Notes under the pieces: model-generated
Database searches by the model: none
Seen by the model: the letters and a program-made list of their open reading frames with translations, nothing else
Told to the model about the DNA's origin: nothing
Shown here: positions 1 through 15,924 of the stretch, in pieces
How the letters are laid out: each line of letters starts with the position of its first letter
Position numbering within the stretch: position 1 is the stretch's first letter
NCBI RefSeq assembly: GCF_009914755.1
Contig: NC_060926.1
Length of the DNA stretch: 64,000 nt
From: the human T2T-CHM13v2.0 reference genome, Homo sapiens
Direction: 5' to 3' (one strand)
Program-made: the position numbers and the translations under genes

Positions 1-325
1 GAACCCTCCCTTGTCAGGGGCAGAGAGCAAGATGGATCTCAGGCAGGCACACTCCAAGAGGCTCTGCTGCCAGGACAACAGAGGGCTGGAGAGTAGACAG
101 TTGAGTTCTGATTCCAGAGTGGCAGCAGGGAGTGAGCCTCAGCATGAGTCCAGACTCCAAACCCCAGTGCATGCTCAATTGTCCCATCAGACTTCACTTA
201 CAAAACACAAATTCTAGGAGAGAATTATTAGGAATTTTGAGATTGCAAACACACAAGCACAGGGCCCTTTTGAACATGTGTCCCTATGTGACTGCACTAG
301 CCACATACCCATGAGGCCTGTCCTG
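1..325 (-). mobile_element. hAT-Tip100 DNA transposon relic (MER91/Zaphod/MER115-like)
   Basis: Ends ...GTGACTGCAC...CCCATGAGGCCTGTCCTG, matching the recalled terminus of this family. Confidence 0.5.
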
Positions 326-339
326 CTTCAAATACAAAA

Positions 340-1655
340 GAATACATACTGGGTAACATATAAAAACATATATAGTTTTTAAAATTGGGTGGGGACCAGT
401 TCTCCTTGGAGAAATGGCTGATTCTATGTCTCAGACATGGAAAGTACAAAGTGAAAACATGGGCCAGTGGGTGTCAGAAAGCAAGGAAGTATTCAAAAAC
501 TGCTAGGAATCTATCAAATGGATAGAAGAGCCAGTTTAAAGGTGCTCCCACTGGCCACATTTGGGATGACTTGGGCACCAGAATTAGTAACTGTAATTTG
601 TTGCATTGCATTGAATAAATAAAAATTCCTGAAAATATCATCATGCTTATAAAGAAAATGCAAGAGGGCAAATAGGGAAGGAAAGAAAGGACGGTGAGAG
701 GGAAGGCAGAAAGAAGGAAAAGACACTCACTTGCTATCATTGCAGGCAATAATTATTCAACTCCTTAACTTGAAAACTGGTGATTGAAGGGAAAAGAAGT
801 AAGCATTTACCTCACATGTTAAAATTAAACTATAACTCACTGCCAGTTGATGGTTTAAAATGTTATTACAGAAAAAAAGGGATGTATTAAAAGTAGAAGA
901 AATGATCCTTTTAAAATGAAATGTAATTTTAAAAAATAATTCAGTAAAAGATTATCAGTGGGTGCTAAAACCATCAGAAGGAAAGTTGATGGAATGGGAT
1001 ATTCACATTTTATGGACGTCTCACTCTTAGGATTGTCCGCTGTGAAAGGGAAAATTTACCTTTGCAATAGAGAAATCTTGTAGTTACCACCTTAACTAAG
1101 TAATCAAACCTAGTATCACTAATAGTGTCACTTTACATCTCCTGATGCAATACAGGATCTTGTGAAAATCTCTTTGCCAAAAATGATTGATTGAATCTAT
1201 TTGAGCCTTTAGACCTATTCTACAGTTTATAGGAAATACAGGGGTAAAGAAACCAATTAAAGGACACCACGAGAAGCAAACAAACAAACTCAAAATGCAG
1301 ACATTCCACTAAATAACTGGTCTTGTCTTCTAAATAATTAAATGTGAAAAATAAAATTGTGGGACGGCTATTTTAGACTAATGGGACATAACCCAAAATT
1401 TTTACTCACGACATTTACTGTTAGTTAATACATGAGAATTGTTGTGAAATTTCTAGGTGCAACAATTGTATTATACCTATGTGACAGAATGTCCTTATTT
1501 TTAGGAGATGTATCTGCACTGTTTTGGAGGACAATTTTCTCAGAAATGATTCTGCAGACAGACTAAAATGTTAACGACTGTGGAGTCTCAATGGAAGGCA
1601 TGCAAATGTTAACTCTATTAATATTTCAACTTTTCTGTATGTTGGAAAAATTTTT
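340..1655 (+). mobile_element. Ancient L1 3' region (L1MC4/L1MC5-like)
   Basis: Recalled motifs CCTTGGAGAAATGGCTGATTC, CTCCCACTGGCCA and TTTCAACTTTTCTGTATGTT. Confidence 0.6.
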
Positions 1656-3986
1656 AATGGTGTCAAAGTCTTATTGTAACTTACAAACTTTCTCTTTAAC
1701 AGCTAAAACTTTCCTTTGAACAAAATCTTCCAAAGCCTTGTGGAAAATAAAGCAGACACCACCAGAACTGTTCTGATTGAAGCAGGTTAATGGTGCATCG
1801 CTATCAGCAACCCCCTCACCCCTCAAAGGCATGCCTGAAGCCTTCAGAGAAACTCAGTTTTAAACCACTGGCTTAGTAAATTATTCCCCATAGTGACAAG
1901 AAGGGCTGGAGGGCAGCAGAGCACCAAGTACCTAAAGAAAAAAGTGTGCACAGAGAAAAGGGCATAAAAAAGAAAGATGACAGAGAAATTAAGATACATT
2001 TCACATTCCCATTAAGGCCAATTTTCTCCTATGGCATTTTGGGATACTTAGGTAAATTTTCTCTGACAGCAAATACAGTCAGAGACCCAAAACCTAGGGA
2101 GAAAGAAGCATTGTCCTTAATAGAGTGTTCATCATGAAACATAGAGCCAAAGTGCCCATCTATTCTAAACCGCTCATAAACAGATAAAGAAATCAAAGTT
2201 TCATGTGGTCTTTTTTTAAAAATAAAAGATATGGAGTTTAAAATCCAATTTAATTGCACTTTAATTACTAAAAAGTTTTAGCCTTGGTGAAGTTTCCTGG
2301 GTAAAACAGGCCAGATAAGGCAGGTTTTTATTTACTTCCTGTTTGAAATGCATTTCACTTTTAGAAAATAGCCTACTAAATGTATGCATGTTTTAATTAT
2401 GTGCTGTTTAAAGCACAATTAGGTAGTATAAATTTTAATTAGGTACTGAGCATTTATTTTTATTCTTTGTATGTTGTTTTACATGTGCAGGTGCTTATGA
2501 TTTTAAAGACCTGACTCTTCCTTAATTAGTTCCCACCCATTCTGGTCTTTTTCTAAAATAACAAACCACATAATTTATTGTGTACATCTAAATATGTACA
2601 ATTTCCTAAGAGACAAAGATTTTCTAAGGAAATAAATTTGTGAACTTAAGAAAATAACATTTTTTTCTAGGTTTCTTACATGTGAGTAGATGCTTGGATT
2701 AAAGTTTCATAGATCTTTGCCATTGTTATGAATGTCTAAGAATTATTTAAATTTAGAAAATAAAGAATGGAGTTCTTTGAGAGCATGTTGTAAAAATAAT
2801 GTCTACAGTCTTGATATTTAGTAAGATACGTTTTTAAAGAACTATTTTTTCTTAGTATCAGCATGCTTTCTAAATTGAATCATAGATCTTAAGGCAAATA
2901 ATCAAGGTCTTCTTATCTAGAAAGCAAAAAGTATTGTCTCTATTGGCAATCCAAATCTAGCCATTGTTACCAATCAGCCTTGGGAGAGGTCAATAAAGGG
3001 AGAGAAGATAACTAACACATACTGAGTGACAACCGTGTACAAGGTTGTCTCACTTAATTCTCATGACAATTCTACAAGGTAGATAGCATTTTCCCCTTTA
3101 GAAAGTGTTTGGACTAGGATTAAAATATACGTAAGACCTGCCTGACTGACTCAAAAACCCATGATTTTGACAAAATATCAATTATTATTAGAAGTTAAAA
3201 TTTAAAAGGGAAAATGAAAATAAACCACATCTACAGGAAACTGCGTATTTGGGTGCATATAGTGTGAAGCAAACAGTTTTTATTGCTGGTGAGAAATCAT
3301 AATGAGACAACTTACAGCATCAAAACAGATGTTTTTCAGCCTGCCTTAAGAATTGAAGAGACCAGACACTGTGAAACTACAGAAACATTCTCTCATTCTC
3401 TCAAGCTATAGGAGAAACATTAAATGGTGATCTTCTTTTCATTCACTTTTTCAGAAATAGAAAGTCATTAAGTCAAAAATAAACATATTTCTATACCTAG
3501 GAGTATCTAGAATTATGTCAATAACTAAAGGAAAATTAATTATGTCACCATCTCCAACACTGCCATTGACCTTCCCCACTCACCAAAAAAAAAAAAAAAA
3601 AATGCATCAAGACTTTCCACTTTGTGCGGTAGTACCAGCACTAACCCAGAAATTCATTTTTTAGGTTGATCTTTGCCCAGTATGTCACATCACACTTCCA
3701 TGAATAGCACTATTGATTTTAATAGTAGATATAATTTTGAAGACCAAAAATTGGGCCCAAGAACAATACCAACATAGTTGTCTTCTATCAAAAAGCCAGA
3801 GTTACATAGTATGTATTTTGAAATCTGTAAAATTTGGATATTGTTACCTCATAGATCTAGCATTAGGATTTGTCATAAATTTGTTCGTATGGTTGCTACC
3901 TCAGCATCCATTTTTGGACCAACGTAGTTATTTTAAAACCAATAGTACCCTATCACCTTTGGCCTTGTTAAAATTTCCCCTTCCTG

Positions 3987-4186
3987 AACATCACACACCA
4001 GGGCCTGTTGTGGGGTGGGGGGAGGGGGGAGGGATAGCATTAGGAGATATACCTAATGTAAATGACGAGTTAATGGGTGCAGCACACCAACATGGCACAT
4101 GTATACATATGTAACAAACCTGCACGTTGTGCACATGTACCCTAGAACTTAAAGTATTATTTTAAAAAATTTAAAAAAAAAAACAA
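3987..4186 (+). mobile_element. L1PA4/L1PA5-like 3' end, heavily 5'-truncated
   Basis: L1 3'UTR G-tract and A-tail. TSD AAAA(T/C)TTCCCCTTCCTG at 3970-3986 and 4187-4203. Confidence 0.92.
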
Positions 4187-4228
4187 AAAACTTCCCCTTC
4201 CTGTGTGGCTGTTTGTGACACAGCCCCC

Positions 4229-5301
4229 TATCGGGGAACCTGCCCCGATATTCACGTAGGTTCTTTTCTATTTTGCTTAAGCATCGGCCGGCTTGAGAAA
4301 TAAAGGGACAGAGTATAAAAGAGAGAAATTTTAAAGCTGGGCGTCCAGGGAAGACATCACATGTCGGTAGGTTCCATGATGCCCCATAAACCGCAAAAAC
4401 CAGCAAGTTTTTATTAGGGATTTTCAAAAGGGGACGGAGTGTGCAAATAGGTGTGGGTCAGAGACATCAAGTACTTTACAAGGTAATAAAATATCACAAG
4501 GCAAATGGAGGCAGGGTGAGATCACAGGACCACAGGACCGGGGCAAAATTAAAATTGCTAATGAAGTTTTGGGCACCATTGTCATTGATAACATCTTATC
4601 AGGAGACAGGGTTTTGAGAGTAACTGGTCTGACCAAAAATTTATTAGACAGGAATTTCCTCCTCCTAATAAGCCTGGGAGCGCTATGGGAGACTGGGGTC
4701 TATTTCACCCCTACAGCCTCATCCATAAGAGACGGGGACACCAAGGGGGGCCGTTTATAGGCCTATACCCCCAGGCACGTATTCTCTTTCCCAGGGATGT
4801 TCCTTGCTGAGAAAAAGAATTCAGTGATACTTCTCCCATTTGCTTCCGAAAGAAGAGAAATACGGCTCTGTTCCACCTGGCTCACTGGCAGTCAGAGTTT
4901 AAGGTTATCTCTCTTATTCCCTGAACAATTGCTGTTATCCCGTTCTTTTTTTCAAGGTGCCCAGATTTCATATTGTTCAAACACACATGCTCTACAATTT
5001 GTGCAGTTAATGCAATTATCACATGGTCCTGAGGCCACATACATCTTCCTCAGCTGACAGGATTAAGAGATTAAAGTAAAGACAGGCATAGGAAATCACA
5101 AGGGTATTGACTGGGGAAGTGGTAAGTGTCCATGAAATCTTCACAATTTATGTTTGGAGACTGCAGGAAAGACAGGCATAAGAAATTATAAAAGTATTAA
5201 TTTGGGGAACTAATAAATGTCCATGAAATCTTTACAATCCACATTCTTCTGCCATGGCTTCAGCTGGTCCCTCCGTTTGGGGTCCCTGACTTCCCACAAC
5301 A
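4229..5301 (-). mobile_element. MER11 solo LTR (HERV-K/HML-8)
   Basis: Minus strand begins TGTTGTGGGAAGTCAGGGACCCC and ends GGTTCCCCGATA, ~1.07 kb. 6-bp TSD GCCCCC at 4223-4228 and 5302-5307. Confidence 0.92.
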
Positions 5302-6069
5302 GCCCCCTTGTTCCTCATCCCAGTGACCCAAAACCCAGCATGCCCACAGCTACTGACCATTAAAAAGCCTGATGGTCAACACCAGAGTCACATAAATCAG
5401 TTTCTCGCTTTGCATATGTTTTCTTTAAACTAGCCAACCCGCAACTCCAGAAGGAGAGCCTAGGGGATAATGCCCACAGATCTTAATAAAAGCAGAGTCT
5501 CACAGGTTTTTTTTCTCTCTTTCCCCTCTTTCACCACCCCCCGCCCCTCCCTGCGGGCTGACCATCCTGCTGTCTCTGGACTTCGCTCATGGGCAATCCT
5601 ATTCTCTCACAGATCTGTCAATAACGTGCTGCTTCTGCCATTTCATGTGTTTTGTTGTACTGTCTCCCCTGTGACCTGACCTATACACCCCAACCTCACT
5701 CCCCTGGTCAGAGCTCTTCCTACAGAGTGGCTACTTGGATGGGAACAAACTGGACCTAGGTCAAACATGAACTACAAGGCATCTTTCAATATAAACAGGC
5801 TTCCTGGGAGAGAGACACCTGATCTTGCATCTGACAGACATTAGGCCATCTTCCAGGATAAAGACAGAACCCCATGAAAAGCACACTGTAAACATCTATG
5901 ACCACCTCCTCTGAACTTCCACCGGGGCAGAGCTAGAATTTATAGCCACTCTCCAGAGAGAGACCTCAAGACCAAATTAGAGGAAAATCACAACAACAAA
6001 AGTCACAACAGAATTAAATAAGAATAAACACATGAAAGCTATTTTAGTGCCCAATATACAAGAGGTAAT

Positions 6070-6542
6070 TCTAATGGGTAGAATAGTGGTCCCCTAAATG
6101 ATAGGACCACACCCTAATTCCTGGAATCTTTTAATGTTACCTTATTTGAAAAAAAAAAAGTTATTTGCCGATTTAAGTTGAGGATCTTGAGATAAAGAGA
6201 TCACCCAGGATTACCTGGTTGGGACCTAAATTCAATGAGAAGTGTCCTTATAAGGGATAGGAAAGATTAATATAAGAGGAAGAAGCATTATGAAGATGGA
6301 GACAAATATTGGTGGAGTAATGTAGCCACAAGCCAAGGACACCAAGGAACACCTGGAGCCATCAGAAGCTGGAAGAAGCAAGGAAGAAATCTACCCTAGA
6401 GTTTCCAAAAGGACTATGGTCATGCCAATGACACTTTCATTTCAGATATCTGGCCTCCAGAACTGTATGAGAATAGATTTATATTATTTTAAGCCACCTA
6501 GTTTGTGGTAATTTGTGGTGTCAGCCCCAGGACTCTAACACA
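6070..6542 (+). mobile_element. MLT1 (MLT1C-like) MaLR LTR
   Basis: GCCACAAGCCAAGGA, GAAGCTGGAAGAAGCAAGGAA, CTGGCCTCCAGAACTGT and TTTAAGCCACCTAGTTTGTGGTAATTTG. Confidence 0.85.
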
Positions 6543-6627
6543 GTTCTCACATGGTAGTTATTAGTGTTCTCTGGCTACCATTAGTAATTAGATTAAAGTC
6601 ACTGCTGTGCCTTCTTGTTGGTTTAAT

Positions 6628-6812
6628 TCAATGGTTCTCAAACTTCAATGCACATTAAAATCAACTGGGAAGCTCTTAGAACATAGATGCCCAGATCACA
6701 TCTCCTGAGTTTCTAGTTAAATTGTTAGGGGTTAGGGGAATGGATGTGGGTCTTAGTAGTCTTCTGAAACTCCCAGGTAAAGATGACATGGAGCAAATAC
6801 TGAGACCCACTG
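6628..6812. mobile_element. MER5-type hAT-Charlie MITE
   Basis: Termini CAATGGTTCTCAAACTT...TGAGACCCACTG. Confidence 0.65.
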
Positions 6813-7084
6813 TTAACAATGATTATTCAGAATCTGTCTCCCTCTTGAGCTCTATCAGGAGAGGGACCATGTCTGAATTGTTTCTACCTAACACAGTGCC
6901 TGACATTTAGTAATGTATTGGTTGAATAAATAAATAAGTGTCTAATCCTCTAATATATATTTATTCCCATGTAAAAAATGAATGAAACACAACTCTTCCC
7001 CTCAAGCAGTTCACAGCGGTGGGAAGAGGAAGAGGAAGGAACATTGGGTTAGAAAAGAGAGACTATCTAAGAATAAAAGCAATT

Positions 7085-7565
7085 ATATCAGGTAGAATTA
7101 CATTCAGCTGCAAATAATAGAAACCCTAAAATAACAATGCCTTAAACAAATAGAAGTTTATCTCACATGTAAAAGAAATCCAAAGCAATCTATTAGTAGA
7201 TTAAAATTGGTGAGATATTTTTAAACCTATCAGAGACCTTAGCTTCTCTCTTATTCCTCTTCCCTTCTAGCACACAGCTTCTAATTCATAGCCCAGTACA
7301 GTTGCCTGAGCTCCAGAGATGACAAGCACATTGCAGCCAGCCAGCAACAAGGGATAAAGACAGACAATCACTATCTCATTAAGTACTTACTTCCCAGTGC
7401 ACATGACACTTCCACTTATATCCCAGTGACCAGAACTTAGTCCTATGGCTATCTATCAGAAAGGCTGAGAATATTGTTTGTGCATAGCTAAAAGTTGGAA
7501 GTTCTATATACTATCAAAGAAAAGAGAACTTGGATATTTAGGGGGATAAATTATTATCTCTGCCA
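7085..7565 (-). mobile_element. Old MLT1 (J/K-like) LTR
   Basis: CAGCTGCAAATAATAGAAACCC..AATAACAATGCCTTAAACAAATAGAAGTTTAT. Confidence 0.55.
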
Positions 7566-10500
7566 TAATATTAACTCTAGTAGAACAAACTTAGATACTA
7601 GGCTATAATAAAGGTCTAAAGAGCTTTGGAAGTATAGGGAAGAGAACTAAAATACAACTGGAAGCATCAAGGAAGGCTTCATTGAAAAGGTATCATGTGA
7701 GCCAGGACACGAAAGATAAATAGAACAATAACTAATACAAAAGATGCTTCAGGTAGAAGGCAAGAAGGAGAGCATTCCAGTGTGGAAAAAGAACAAGAGT
7801 TTTAAATCACAGAGACCAAGTTTGAATTACTAGCCTCACTACTTAATAAATGAGTTGTGGGAAGTCGTGAGGTTTGAATAAGAATATAAAATGCAATTTG
7901 CAAATAATAAATTTGAAAAAATATCTATAATAAAGATGAAACAGAAGCCTCAGATGAATGATGGAGAGATCTAATTGTCATACTAAGAACTTTGGATTTA
8001 TTTTGTAATAGTGAGGTAATGGAGCACATTAATTGAGCTCATAATATTCCATCTTTATGGAAAGTACAGTTGATAATTTTGATAATAAACTTTGGTGCTT
8101 TTAATAATAAAAAAACTGTTTGCTACAGTCAGAAAATCTACATACCACCTTGGAATTCTTTCACAGCATTTTATTCCTCCTTACAGCTTTCAAACCATCT
8201 AGTAGACACATGCAGAAAAATCTGTTTGAAAATGACAAGTAAAAGATGTTTTATAAACTCCAGATGGAATTTGGTCTTTACTCAGATCAAATAGAAAAAG
8301 GCATCCAGACACCAGGGTAGATACAGAGCAAGCCAATTCTAACTTAGTGAAATAAAGTTTACTGTGTTTTTCTAACTGAACTTTAGTCCAGAAGCACAGC
8401 AGTTATGCTACTGTGGGGAGGGGGAAGGAAAAGTGGAGGGAACAGTGGAAAGTTACCATTATTTATTGAGAACCACAAGGAACCAGAGATAGTACTAAAT
8501 ATTTAAATTCCATGTCTCATTTAAACCCAGCAACCTTATGATTTGAATGTAACTGAGGTTCAGTAAGGCCCAAGTTACTGCATAACCAATGTCATCTAGT
8601 CATTGGATAACCAAGATTTAGTCATTGGTGACCAAGATTCAAAACCCAAAGCCTGTCTTATTCAAAAGTACTTGCTTCTTCCACACAGGTGATATGTACT
8701 TTCCTGCTCAGCCATTCAATGACTCATTCACTCTTAATTCTTTACTTCCAACTTATTTCCTCCAACTTTTAATCAAAACCTACCTCTATTATTCTATTTA
8801 CCCAGATGTTTCTAATTTCAATATTCACTAATTTTCTTCTCCATTTCTGAATTATCCTACTTCCTGATTTATAATATAACATATAAACATTTCAAATTTT
8901 AAGAAAAAAAATCACCAATAAAGTTAACATGTACCACCTATCCTGCCTTTGAAAGCTTCCTGGTCTTTGCTGCCTTTGCATAAACATCTGCTAATGGATT
9001 TTAAATTTCCTTTTTTCTCTTTGCTGCAGGTGCTTATTTACGCATCAGTGGTGGACTAAAATATATGACAACTCTATTTGCTCAAGAGGGAAATTCAGAT
9101 CAACTGTAGGCACTAGGCCAATTGTATACCACCTAATACAAATTTCATGTATTCAAAAAAATACTTACAAGATGACTACTGTGAGTTGGAAACATACAGT
9201 ACTTATCACAAGTTGTCACTTCTGTTCCCCATGATCCCAGTCCATCTTCCCAGCATTTGCTTTCCCCACTCCTCCATCAAAGGCAATTGCAATTAACACT
9301 ATTAAACACACTCCAGGTTTTTCCACTTCTGGGATTTTATTTATTCCTTTCTTCCTACCCCAAAAGCCATCTCATACCTCACCTTATAGGAATCTTATAA
9401 AGTTGTTTCAGCTCAAGGGTCATCACCTCCAGGATACCTTTCTGATGACCATAGCTGGACATGTTTCCTCTTTCTTTCCAATTGCCATATCATTGTATTT
9501 CTTTTTCCAATAACTTTTAATAATATTCTATTGTGTAATTATAAACAGGTACAGAAAATCACATAAACCAAATGTTTGGTGTAATGAATTATTTTAAGAT
9601 GGATATCATCCAAGCCATGAATTAGAAACTCCTATCATGTTCTCATTCAAATCCCAACCAACTTTCTTCTGCCATAAATTAACATTATTCTAATCGAGTC
9701 ACTTTTCATATTCTATTTCATATTACTGGTTTGAATTTACATGTGTCTTCCCTGTTCAAATGTAAGAATTTTCAGAGTCTTCTTACCAATTAATCTTTGC
9801 TGTTCTTCAACTGTGTAGCAGTTGCAGATTCTGCTAAATGCTATGAAAGAAATAAATATGGTGATGTATTAGGCAGTAACTGTGATAGCATGGGGAGAGG
9901 GGAAGATGGGGAAAAAGTTGACTACTTTAGGAAAGTGTCCAAGGAAGAATGCTCTGAAGAAGTGACATTTCAACTGAATCCTGAAAGAGGATTTGCCATT
10001 TAATAATGTGTATCTCCCTCAAGTGTTCAAAATCTTCTACGTGGCCCTTAAGACTCATCTTAGCCTTAAATCTTATCTTTTACTGCTCCTCTAACTAAAT
10101 CCTCTCTTCTAGCCAGTCTGGTCTACTTACACTTTTCCTCTGCCAAAAATATACTCTTCCCATCTTTTCACTCATCAGAATTCTACATCAAAGCCCATAT
10201 CAAATGCCAGTCCCTCTGTGAGGGCATAATTGATTATTCCAATCTGGGATTAGTTCCCTTCCTCGGAACTCTCTCCTGAAAGTTTTTTTAATCTGTATAA
10301 ATCAATTGGCACTTAACAATTTCTACCTTGTATTATCACTATATTTTCACATTTATGTGTTTTATCTTCCCAAATAAGGGAAAAGAGAGGAATAAATCTT
10401 GACTGTATCTGCCACTGAGCATAGCAGAGTGCTAAATATGCATACATAGAGATAGTCACCATATGTTTGACTTACCCTCTTGATCATTCATAGGAAACCA

Positions 10501-12360
10501 GAGAGAAGAAACTATTGTCTCTGGTTTCTTATAAAATGAATTATTTTAAAAAATAAGGTAAATGCATGAATCCTGCACTCTTCCACAAATTCAGACACAT
10601 ACTCATTTTACTGCATTTTAAGCAATAATTTATAATTTTTTTGAGTATTAAAGAAGCTAGCTGTAATGAGTTAGATGATCTTCTTCAGCCCTTTTGCACT
10701 GTCATCAAAGCTGTAATGGAGCTTGAACTGTATCAGGCTCAATGTGCCTTTGGATATGATTCAAAATCAAGCTTAATGATCTCTGCCTATCTAAACAATC
10801 TTGTGTCCTCACTAATCCCAACTTCTGCCTTCACTGCCCATCCAAATTCACAAACCAAAAGAGTTGAATCATCTGTCCTGTGGCCATCTCAAGTACCTCT
10901 ATCTAACTGACTTTGCTGCACAGTTCAACAAAAGGCACTTTTCTGAAAAGATATTTTCTATGAATCCAGAACAAAGTAAATATTAAGAATCAGGTAATGA
11001 CGTGCCTTTTTAGCTGGAATTAAAAGCACTCCAAAAGATGATCCACAGGCACTGAATATTTAGGAAATGAATGCTCATGTGTTTAAGTTATAACATCTAG
11101 ATAATCCCCCTTGAATATAGTAATGCAATGTTTTCAATTTGACTCTGTAGATTATATAAAATTAAGCACTAGTCAGTCTTTTCATAAATAAACTTTGAAT
11201 AATTGTATCTACTTTCATTGAGCCTGCTTTAGCAAATAATGTAAGTTTAAAAGATTACATGTGTGGTTAAGATGATTCAAGAAAAAGAAAAAATTCTCAA
11301 ACCATAAAGCATATTATTTAATTTTTAAGCTAAAGATATTTACAGGATAATAAAGAATAAAGAAATATAAACCAAGATTGACCGAAAAGGGTAAAAAGAT
11401 ACTCCAACTTTGCCACTTGAGATGAAAGGAAGGGATCTAAAGGTCCAATTAATCCTTGATCCTGCTAAAATAAAAATACTACTAACAATTTACTACTACT
11501 ACTTTTTCTACTACTACCAACAATTAATAATTATACTATCATTTATAGTTCTGTCCCTGGTATTTTACACAAATTATCTTGTTTAATTTTATCTTCACTG
11601 TTGCTGGTTGATTCATAATTGTCTAGAAAAGACATGCAGCTAGTGTTTGAACTTAAGTAGATTCTAAAAGCTATATACTTTCTCTACATTGCTGCCTCTG
11701 TTGAATAAGGAAAGAGAATGAAGGGAGGGAAGGAATAGGTAGCTTAGAGGGGCTTTGAGCAAGAATGACTCCAACCACTGGAGGTAGAAACCAGTATTGC
11801 TCTATGAAGTTTGTCGAGAGCCCTTATGTCAAGTGTCAAAGTCTGAGAAAGGCAGTGCATATTTGGTTGGGCACCCTGACTTCCCACCTCCTGGCTGGAA
11901 AAGGTCACGTGGATCAGATTATTCTATGAAGTATCATAGGGCAGGCCCAAAATGAACACCTAGCAGAAAAGGTGAGGGAAGCTCAAAGAGGTCAGTTTAG
12001 AGCCTAGACTCTAGGTTGAATCCTCAAAGACAGTTTGGGTGACTTGTATAAGATTTCAAAGTGAATAAATGGAAGGCAGAAAAACTGATCCAGCACAGCA
12101 GAATGGAGGCAAGGGTAGCAGAACCCTTGAGAAGATCTCTTTCTATAGTTATTTAGAACCTTGTGCAAATCATATTAAAATTTTGCTCTAATTTAAATAT
12201 TTTCAAAGCATATAATTCTAGAGTTTTCTCCTCTAATTTTTTCAATATCTCACAATTTTTATTATCATCTTCTTCAGCCAGGGCCTGATTCTGAACAGAT
12301 CAATTTTTATTTTATTAGGAATATTTTTATTGATTTTATTTTTGTAAAAGTAATGAATGT

Positions 12361-14758
<2,398 letters not shown>

Positions 14759-15283
14759 AAAAGTAATGAATGTACATAATTTTGAAAGGAGAAAATGTAT
14801 AAATAATCTTCCTGCAAAAAAGCAGTTTCTGCCACTCAATGCTCCCTAGTTTCAAATGCAAACACTTCTAATTACATCATCTGTTTCTTCTAATATTTAG
14901 CATCTATATTTCTGAATACAATGATTATACTGCTATTTCTTGATTTATCAATTTTAGAAATTACTTACTTTCAATTGCAGTAGATCATATTTTCACACTT
15001 AGAACTGCTTCCTCTACATCTGCTTCCTACCCACCATCCTTAAAATACAATCATATCGAAATTTTGGTTAATTTAGTAGCCAGTCTTTAAATTACTAGTT
15101 TTCCTTATTCACTATTGAGCCAAATACTATACTAAGATTTTATTCCCTTGTTTGTATATTACTCTTTCTATACATAGATTTAATAACTGTCAGTTATTTC
15201 TCTTGCTTAATATTCTGATTGTTACTCTTGATTATTTTCAAATGTCACATCGTATATGCCATAAACCTACTGTATTATTTTCA

Positions 15284-15654
<371 letters not shown>

Positions 15655-15924
15655 TTAACCTCTCTTCAGAGACCTCCTGCTACTCCATGTGATGATTTGT
15701 TCTTTAAACCTATGGCAGAGTTGTCCTCTTGGGTCTTCCTTTCCTCTTCATCTTGTATCTTCTTGAAAATCTCATGATGGATTCACTATTTTCTCTATTT
15801 CATGATTCCTCTTTTTAAATTTAGCGTCTAACTTCCAGTAACTTTCTAATAAAAGATGCACGGAGGGAAAATTTTCTGAGTATTTGAAACTTAAATTACT
15901 TTTATTTTTACTTTCAGCATTTTT

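Larger units (their letters stand above)
3923..5995 (+). mobile_element. Old ERVL-type LTR (MER54-like) interrupted by L1PA and MER11
   Basis: 3' end ...CCACTCTCCAGAGAGAGACCTCAAGACCAAATTAGAGGAAAATCACAACA. The pieces rejoin across both TSDs. Possible 5-bp TSD ACCAA/ACAAA. Confidence 0.6.

Noticed and set aside
5078-5240. ~90-bp tandem repeat
   Set aside because: It lies inside the MER11 LTR and is an intrinsic feature of that family.
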